This document shows, piece by piece, positions 49,172 through 55,980 of a stretch of 55,980 nt of DNA (its first letter is position 1; the number at the start of each line of letters is the position of its first letter). The notes beneath the pieces are model-generated. The model did no database searches. It worked only from the letters and a program-made list of their open reading frames with translations, and was not told where the DNA came from. This DNA is from Macrostomum lignano (Eukaryota). The translations under genes and the position numbers were made by a program. The DNA lies in contig NIVC01000593.1 of assembly GCA_002269645.1 (NCBI GenBank), positions 1 to 55,980 of the forward strand, in the 5' to 3' direction.

Positions 49172-49662
49172 GTCAGACGCAGCTGCAACAATCCAACTCC
49201 AGCAGGCGGCGGCATTCCCTGCTCAGGATTTGACATGAAGCGGGTCACTTGCCGGCGTTCGACGCCTTGCCCACTGGACGGCGCCTGGTGCAAATGGTCG
49301 CACGTTGAAATGTGCGACGCCTCGTGCGGCAGCGGTGTCGGCGTCAGGACCCGGCAGTGCAAGTGTCCCATGGAGCTGCACGGAGGCCGGCCATGCGCCG
49401 GGCCGGACAGGGAGAGAAGCCAGTGCCACCTGGCCCATTGTCCCTACTCGGAGCAGCTGTTCGAAGACGAGAGACGGTTTATGCGAGACAGTCTTAGAGC
49501 CACTTCGCAGGAGGCTGCGTTTGCTTATATGGGCCAGAGCGCGCCCGTGGTCGGGGAGAGCTCTACCTGAGCTGCGGCGTGGACCAGCCAATCAGGCAGC
49601 GCCTGTTTGATAAGCCGGGCCGATTCCCGGAGCGGCAGTACTTTTGGACTAAGGATAATCAG
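49172..49662 (+). CDS. TSP1/Ig protein, exon 3 (TSP1 repeats and start of Ig1; apparent 1-nt frameshift near 49553-49556)
   Basis: Encodes VRRSCNNPTPAGGGIPC and DGAWCKWSHVEMCDASCGSGVGVRTRQC. After the shift it reads GELYLSCGV...YFWTKDNQ (Ig-type C and W strands). Donor at 49663. Confidence 0.8.
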
Positions 49663-49694
49663 GTGCTGTTGGCGGCTGGGAGCTCCGGACTGGC

Positions 49695-50452
49695 AGCTGA
49701 GGGTTGGTAGTTAAGGATTGGTAGTTAAGGATTGGTAGCTGAGGGTTGGTAGCTGAGGGTTGGTAGTTAAGGGTTGGTAGCTGAGGGTTGGTAGCTGAGG
49801 TTTTGTAGCTGAGGGTTGGTAGCTGAGGGTTGGTAGTTAAGGGTTGGTAGCTGAGGGTTGGTAGCTGAGGGTTGGTAGCTGAGGGTTGGTAGCTGAGGGT
49901 TGGTAGCTGAGGGTTGGTAGCTGAGGGTTGGTAGCTGAGGGTTGGTAGCTGAGGGTTGGTAGCTGAGGGTTGGTAGCTGAGGGTTGGTAGCTGAGGGTTG
50001 GTAGCTGAGGGTTGGTAGCTGAGGGTTGGTAGCTGAGGGTTGGTAGCTGAGGGTTGGTAGCTGAGGGTTGGTAGCTGAGGGTTGGTAGCTGAGGGTTGGT
50101 AGCTGAGGGTTGGTAGCTGAGGGTTGGTAGCTGAGGGTTGGTAGCTGAGGGTTGGTAGCTGAGGGTTGGTAGCTGAGGGTTGGTAGCTGAGGGTTGGTAG
50201 CTGAGGGTTGGTAGCTGAGGGTTGGTAGCTGAGGGTTGGTAGCTGAGGGTTGGTAGCTGAGGGTTGGTAGCTGAGGGTTGGTAGCTGAGGGTTGGTAGCT
50301 GAGGGTTGGTAGCTGAGGGTTGGTAGCTGAGGGTTGGTAGCTGAGGGTTGGTAGCTGAGGGTTGGTAGCTGAGGGTTGGTAGCTGAGGGTTGGTAGTTAA
50401 GGATTGGTAGTTAAGGATTGGTAGCTGAGGGTTGGTAGCTGAGGGTTGGTAG
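49695..50452. repeat. 14-bp minisatellite (AGCTGAGGGTTGGT)n
   Basis: About 53 mostly perfect copies. Confidence 0.97.
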
Positions 50453-50536
50453 GAGAAGACTTGTCCCCTAACTGCACTCTGTATGCAATCAGCCACCTCA
50501 CGCGAGCACCGCATCCCAATAAATCAATCATTGCAG

Positions 50537-50817
50537 CCGCTAAACTTCTCCGAGCGAATCCGGTTCGACTCCGAGGTGCTGCACATGCTCTCCGTGGTGC
50601 CGTCAGACGCCGGGCTCTACCAGCTGATGGTGAAACGGGCGCCCAACAGAGATCCAAATACGGCCTGCTTCATTCCTGTGCCAGTGCTGGACACTGTGGT
50701 GCGCCTGCCCGAGGACAGCCACTTCAACCTCACATGCCCTCTGGGGGCGCTGACCAACGTGACCCCGACTATGATGGGCGCCTGGCGCATACACTGGACC
50801 TTCTTGCCGTCGCCTCT
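50537..50817 (+). CDS. TSP1/Ig protein, exon 4 (end of Ig1, start of Ig2)
   Basis: Acceptor CATTGCAG. Encodes VLHMLSVVPSDAGLYQLMV (D-x-G-x-Y motif) and FNLTCP...IHWTF. Donor GTGAGG at 50818, phase 2. Confidence 0.85.
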
Positions 50818-50854
50818 GTGAGGAACTCTTGCAGGTTTCGATGCAGGGGCAGGG

Positions 50855-51400
50855 GGGAGAGACAGGGGGGAGATACATGTAGAGGCAGTAGAGACAGGGG
50901 GGAGATAGAGGCAGTAGAGACAGGGGGGAGATAGAGGCAGTAGAGACAGGGGGGAGATAGAGGCAGTAGAGACAGGGGGGAGATAGAGGCAGTAGAGACA
51001 GGGGGGAGATAGAGGCAGTAGAGACAGGGGGAGATAGAGGCAGTAGAGACAGGGGGGAGATAGAGGCAGTAGAGACAGGGGGGAGATAGAGGCAGTAGAG
51101 ACAGGGGGGAGATATAGGCAGTAGAGACAGGGGGGAGATAGAGGCAGTAGAGACAGGGGGGAGATAGAGGCAGTAGAGACAGGGGGGAGATAGAGGCAGT
51201 AGAGACAGGGGGGAGATAGAGGCAGTAGAGACAGGGGGGAGATATAGGCAGTAGAGACAGGGGGGAGATAGAGGCAGTAGAGACAGGGGGAGATAGAGGC
51301 AGTAGAGACAGGGGGGAGATAGAGGCAGTAGAGACAGGGGGGAGATAGAGGCAGTAGAGACAGGGGGAGATAGAGGCAGTAGAGACAGGGGGAGATAGCG
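50855..51400. repeat. 26-bp purine-rich minisatellite (AGAGACAGGGGGGAGATAGAGGCAGT)n
   Basis: About 20 copies, followed by a GA-rich tract to ~51545. Confidence 0.95.
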
Positions 51401-51609
51401 GCAGAGAGACGGAGGATCGAGATAGGAGAAGCGAGACAGGTGAGGCAGAGAGACAGGAGAGAGACAGGGAGACAGAGAGAGAGGAGAGAAACAGGAGAGA
51501 GGCAGACAGGCAGGAGACAGGGGGAAGAGACGGGAAGACAGAGATGAGTGGGACAGGGCAAAGGCGCGCACCCATTAGCAGCGCACGCAGCCCACCCAAC
51601 AACCCACAG

Positions 51610-52186
51610 AGGCGAGCACCACGGAGGCAAGCGGGAGGAAAAGCTGTGGATGACGAACAGCCTTCGGCAGCAACTTGATCAGGCTGGCGTCGCCCACATC
51701 AGCTCCATGGCTGCACACATGGAAGGCGTTTACGAATGCTACATCCAGCTGATGTTCGTGCAAGACGCGAACGCCACTGATCCTTTTGCTGACCCGCCGC
51801 CTCCGGGCGATGGGGAGAAAGATCCCTACCAGCTGATGAAGGATAGTCAGCCGCGGAAGCTGGTGCTCACCGACATCGAACTGTCCGAGGTGTTTATGGC
51901 GGCTCGAATCGCTCTGGAACTGAAGCCGAATCCGACAATCAAAGAATTTATGGCTGAGTTTTTTGAGAAAAATTTCAACGCAGTTTTTGGCCTCATTTTT
52001 GGCGCCGCCTTTTTAACCCTGGCAACCTGCGTGATTGACTGCGTGCGCGCCCTGCTGCTTTGGCGTCGGCGCATCTGGCTCCAGCGCATGGATATAGAGG
52101 AGATGAGCCTGTTTAAATTGCGAGTTCGAGAACTTCTCACGGGCTGGACTAGGCAGCACGATCGAGAGATAAAGAAGAAGAACTGA
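51610..52186 (+). CDS. TSP1/Ig protein, last exon (end of Ig2, TM helix, short tail)
   Basis: Acceptor CCCACAG, phase 2. Encodes EGVYECYI, TM AVFGLIFGAAFLTLATCVIDCVRALLLW and basic WRRR. Stop TGA at 52184-52186. Confidence 0.85.
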
Positions 52187-52229
52187 CAGGGTTTTTAAAA
52201 AATGTTTTGACGTTCAATGCGCGGTGCCT

Positions 52230-53045
52230 TTGATGCTCAAGTGTTCGGTGTCTTTGATATTCAGTGTCAGTGTCTGATGTTCTGTGTGCGGTGTCTTTGA
52301 TGTTCGATTTGCGGTGTCTTTGATGTTCAGTGTGCGGTGTCTTTTGTCTTTGATGTTCAGTGTGCGGTGTCTTTTGTCTTTGATGTTCAGTGTGCGGTGT
52401 GTCTTTGATGTTCAGTGTGCGATGTGTCTTTGATGTTCAGTGTGCGGTGTGTCTTTGATGTTCAGTGTGCGGTGTCTTTTGTCTTTGATGTTCAGTGTGC
52501 GGTGTGTCTTTGATGTTCAGTGTGCGGTGTGTCTTTTATGTTCAGTGGCGGTGTCTTTGATGTTCAGTGTGCGGTGTGTCTTTTATGTTCAGTGGGCGGT
52601 GTCTTTGATGTTCAGTGTGCGGTGTGTCTTTTATGTTCAGTGGGCGGTGTCTTTGATGTTCAGTGTGCGGTGTGTCTTTTATGTTCAGTGGGCGGTGTCT
52701 TTGATGTTCAGTGTGCGGTGTGTTTGATGTTCGATTTGCGGTTTCTTTGATGTTCGATTTGCGGTGTCTTTGATGTTCAGCGAGCGGTGTCTTTGATGTT
52801 CAGTGTGCGGTGTCTTTGATGTTCAGTGTGCGGTTTCTTTGATGTTCAGTGTTCGGTGTGTTTGATGTTCGATTTGCTGTGTCTTTGATGTTCAATGTGC
52901 GGTGTGTTTTTGATGTTCAGTGTGCGGTGTGTTTGATGTTCGATTTGCGGTGTCTTTGATGTTCGATTTGCTGTGTCTTTGATGTTCGATTTGCTGTGTC
53001 TTTGATGTTCGATTTGCGGTGTCTTTGATGTCGAATTTGCGGTGC
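52230..53045. repeat. ~23-25-bp minisatellite (GTGTCTTTGATGTTCAGTGTGCG)n
   Basis: About 33 variant copies downstream of the stop. Confidence 0.93.
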
Positions 53046-53724
53046 CTCTGACATCTGCTTAGGCTTCTTTTGTGGTCTGAATTCGATTGCGATATAACAT
53101 TGTACGAGCGTACTTTGAACAATAAATTGAAAAATTAAAATTAAAACCTTTCTCATACTACTTATAAGTAGTATACGTTTTTTGACACAAAGCCGATTTC
53201 CTTATGGCGAAATACATAGTAAGTACAGGCCCAAAAAAATGGCAGAGTCCGAAATTTCATGTGCACGCAGTCTGAAATTCCATGTGCACGCAGTCTGAAA
53301 TTCCAAGTGCACGCTAAATATCTTTTACGCAACGTGATAATTCAGACGAATTGCATATCCACCTGTCCAAAATACAAGTAACCGATTCTAGCAATGATGA
53401 CACAAACACACTTCAAAGGATTCCATTCAAGACAAATTTACTCCAAAGCTATTCACACATTTCAAGTGTTATTGAAATATTGAAAACTTGTGAATATTAT
53501 CACCCTTTTGAAGAAAGATAGTAAATGATCTATTCTTGAGTGCCTATAGAATTTTTGCACCAACTTGAGCAGATGGTTTACAGATACTATGTCAACAACT
53601 GCGTCAACATGCTTCTTCTTTATACTAAATATATATACGAACACACTGACACAGAAAATATTAAATAACTTAAACCAAGTTTAGATTATACTACTTGTTC
53701 AACTATACTTACATCTTAAGTGAA

Positions 53725-53773
53725 ATGAAGCGATCACGTCAGCAGGAATTGGCCGAGCGCTATGTTAAACAAG
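53725..53773 (+). CDS. Candidate orphan gene, exon 1 (MKRSRQQELAERYVKQ)
   Basis: ATG at 53725 and a strong CAAG|GTAAGA donor at 53774, phase 1. Confidence 0.4.
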
Positions 53774-53794
53774 GTAAGATAATCACCTACTCTA

Positions 53795-54020
53795 GTTCAG
53801 TTTTCTTTTTTAGATTGACTGTTCGCTATAGTTTAGTTTCTAGATTGATTGTTAGTTCGGTTTCTGTTTAGACCGATCCTCTGTTTGTTCAGTCTCTAGA
53901 TTGATTGTCTGCTAGTTCGGTTTCTGTTTAGACTAATACTCTGCTAGTTCAGAATTTCTAGATTGATTGTCTGCTAGTTCGGTTTCTGTTTAGACTGATT
54001 CTCTGCTAGTTCAGTTTCTT
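53795..54020. repeat. Diverged tandem repeat built on CTAGTTC(A/G)GTTTC...TAGA(T/C)TGA units
   Basis: About 7 loose copies inside the predicted intron. Confidence 0.75.
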
Positions 54021-54079
54021 TATACATTGTATACATGCACCTATACCAAATTTCCCTCATCTTATCCATTATTATATAG

Positions 54080-54588
54080 CATTCAAGAATGGTTTCTTCA
54101 CGCGGCCACCTCCAGATCAGTGCAAACGCATTTGCCACGACACCACCACATCCAATTCTGCTGCAAGAGCATCATATTCTACATCTCTCGCCAGAGTAAC
54201 CTCGATTCATGTCGAGAGACAGACAACTGAGCTAGATCGCATTTACACAAGAACTGATGTTATTCAGTCAATTAGGCAGCAATCGAACCCACGACCAACT
54301 GACCAACTGCAGTATGCACCACCACCACCATCACCAACCAGCTACAATGACCCAACAAAGCAAACTTGCAGTAAGCCTACAAGTATCAAACCAACGACAG
54401 CAACTGAAACACCATCATCATCAATTGCTATTTCTACCCAAGTTCAACCGCTGCTAAACTCGCCAATTATTGTACAGAAGGACATCAAGTCTGTAAAAGT
54501 CTCTCAAATGAGCACAGGCTTCTACCAAGTAGAATTAGCAAAGACCTGTAATACAACTCAAGTATTTGAATATTGGGACCTATCTTAA
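54080..54588 (+). CDS. Candidate orphan gene, exon 2 (S/T/P-rich; AFKNGFFTRPPPDQCKRICHD...FEYWDLS*)
   Basis: Stop-free frame from 54010 to TAA at 54586-54588. The TATAG acceptor at 54079 joins in phase 1 with exon 53725-53773 (558 nt total). Confidence 0.45.
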
Positions 54589-54844
54589 AAAGACATTTTT
54601 TCTAACTCTTCATAAAATTTTGCCAGCAATGTGTCCAAGTAATTGCTCTTTTAGTATATATCAAACAAGTCTGTAATCAATAATATAATCTTTATAAATT
54701 CATTATTCTAAAAAATTCTTTCAATTTTATTCACCATTCATTGAAATTATTTAATTCAATATAAAGTCAATATCTTGTACAGTCATCATTAAACAAAAAT
54801 TATTAATCCATGCAAATAATTTTTTTTTCATACGTTTCTTTAGC

Positions 54845-55750
54845 CATGGTCTGGCTTTTGCCTCAACAGTATGATTTAGCTGTGGTCCAGCTTTTGCCTC
54901 AACAGTATGATTTAGCTGTGGTCCAGCTTTTGCCTCAACAGTATGATTTAGCTGTGGTCCAGCTTTTGCCTCAACAGTATGATTTAGCTGTGGTCCAGCT
55001 TTTGCCTCAACAGTATGATTTAGCTGTGGTCCAGCTTTTGCCTCAACAGTATGATTTAGCTGTGGTCCAGCTTTTGCCTCAACAGTATGATTTAGCTGTG
55101 GTCCAGCTTTTGCCTCAACAGTATGATTTAGCTGTGGTCCAGCTTTTGCCTCAGCAGTATGATTTAGCCGTGGTCCGGCTTTTTTGCCTCAGCAGTATGA
55201 TTTAGCTGTGGTCTAGCTTAAAACTGCATCAACAGTGATTTAGCTATAGTCCAGGCTTAACTACCTCAACGATGATTTAGCTATAGTCAAGGCTTAACTG
55301 TCTCAACAGTAATTTTAGCTGTTGTCCAGACTTAACTGCCTCAACAGTGATTTTAGCTGTGGTCCAGGCAACTGTCTCAACAGGGATTTAGCTGTAGTCC
55401 GATTAGCTTAACTGTCCAGTTATTTAGCTGTGAGCCAAGCAGCAGCACCCGTCTCAACAGTGAGAATTAGCTATGGTCAGCTTTACCTCAACTGTGATTT
55501 GGCTGCTGTGGTCTAAGCATAACTGACTCAACAGTAATTTTAGCTGTAGTCGTCCAGCTTAACCACCCGTCCAGTTTTATAACCATGGTCCAGCTTAACC
55601 ACCGTCTCAACGTACAGCGATTTAGTCGTGGTCCAGCTTAACCGTCTCAACGTACAGTGATTTAGCCATGGGTCTAGTAGCAATTAACCGTATCAATAGT
55701 GATTTAGCCGTGGTCCAGCTTAACTGTCTCAACACAGTAATTTAGCTTAG
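54845..55750. repeat. 36-bp minisatellite (CAGTATGATTTAGCTGTGGTCCAGCTTTTGCCTCAA)n, degenerating rightwards
   Basis: About 10 near-identical copies to ~55200, then progressively diverged copies. Confidence 0.93.
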
Positions 55751-55980
55751 TCCAAACAGCATTTGTGTGTCAACTGCACTGACTGCATGCGGTTATAGCA
55801 GCAGCAGTCATTATAGTCCCAACAAGCTGCGCGTCGCAGCATGATAGTGTAACTCTATATAGCTTCTGCTCAATATAGGACTGCAAAAGCTGAGTTGCAA
55901 CTATACCTTTTTCTGTTTGAAAAGTAACACTCTATATATAGGTTACTCAAGCAATCTCTTGTCACCGTGCGAGCTAAAAA

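Noticed and set aside
54845-55200. 36-bp repeats of CRISPR-like length (also the 29-41-bp arrays elsewhere)
   Set aside because: Units are head-to-tail with no unique spacers, there are no cas genes, and the context is eukaryotic.

Overview
Eukaryotic (metazoan) genomic DNA, not prokaryotic. GC-rich spliced exons sit among AT-rich spacers and introns packed with micro- and minisatellites. This style resembles a free-living flatworm such as Macrostomum, but that is an inference I cannot confirm. Four plus-strand genes can be reconstructed by hand with phase-consistent GT-AG junctions. (1) An ankyrin-repeat protein with a BCOR-like PUFD-type domain (101-4013, probable last exon 4228-4322). (2) Casein kinase I gamma (8 exons, 9535-17967). 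(3) An EVA-1-like receptor with two SUEL lectin domains and a TM helix (6 exons, 24847-43513). (4) A TSP1-repeat + 2 Ig + TM receptor-like protein (5 exons, 48160-52186) with an apparent 1-nt frameshift. There is also a candidate 2-exon orphan gene missed by the ORF track (53725-54588) and an orphan minus-strand exon (23233-23537). Roughly a third of the window (hand estimate ~18 kb) is tandem repeat, and most long ORFs in the track are artefacts of these arrays. The most striking structure is a four-layer nest of non-autonomous DNA transposons at 45055-47023, each layer with its own TIRs and intact target-site duplication. Two tRNA-derived SINEs and two further MITEs are present. No CRISPR array, rRNA or intact tRNA was seen.
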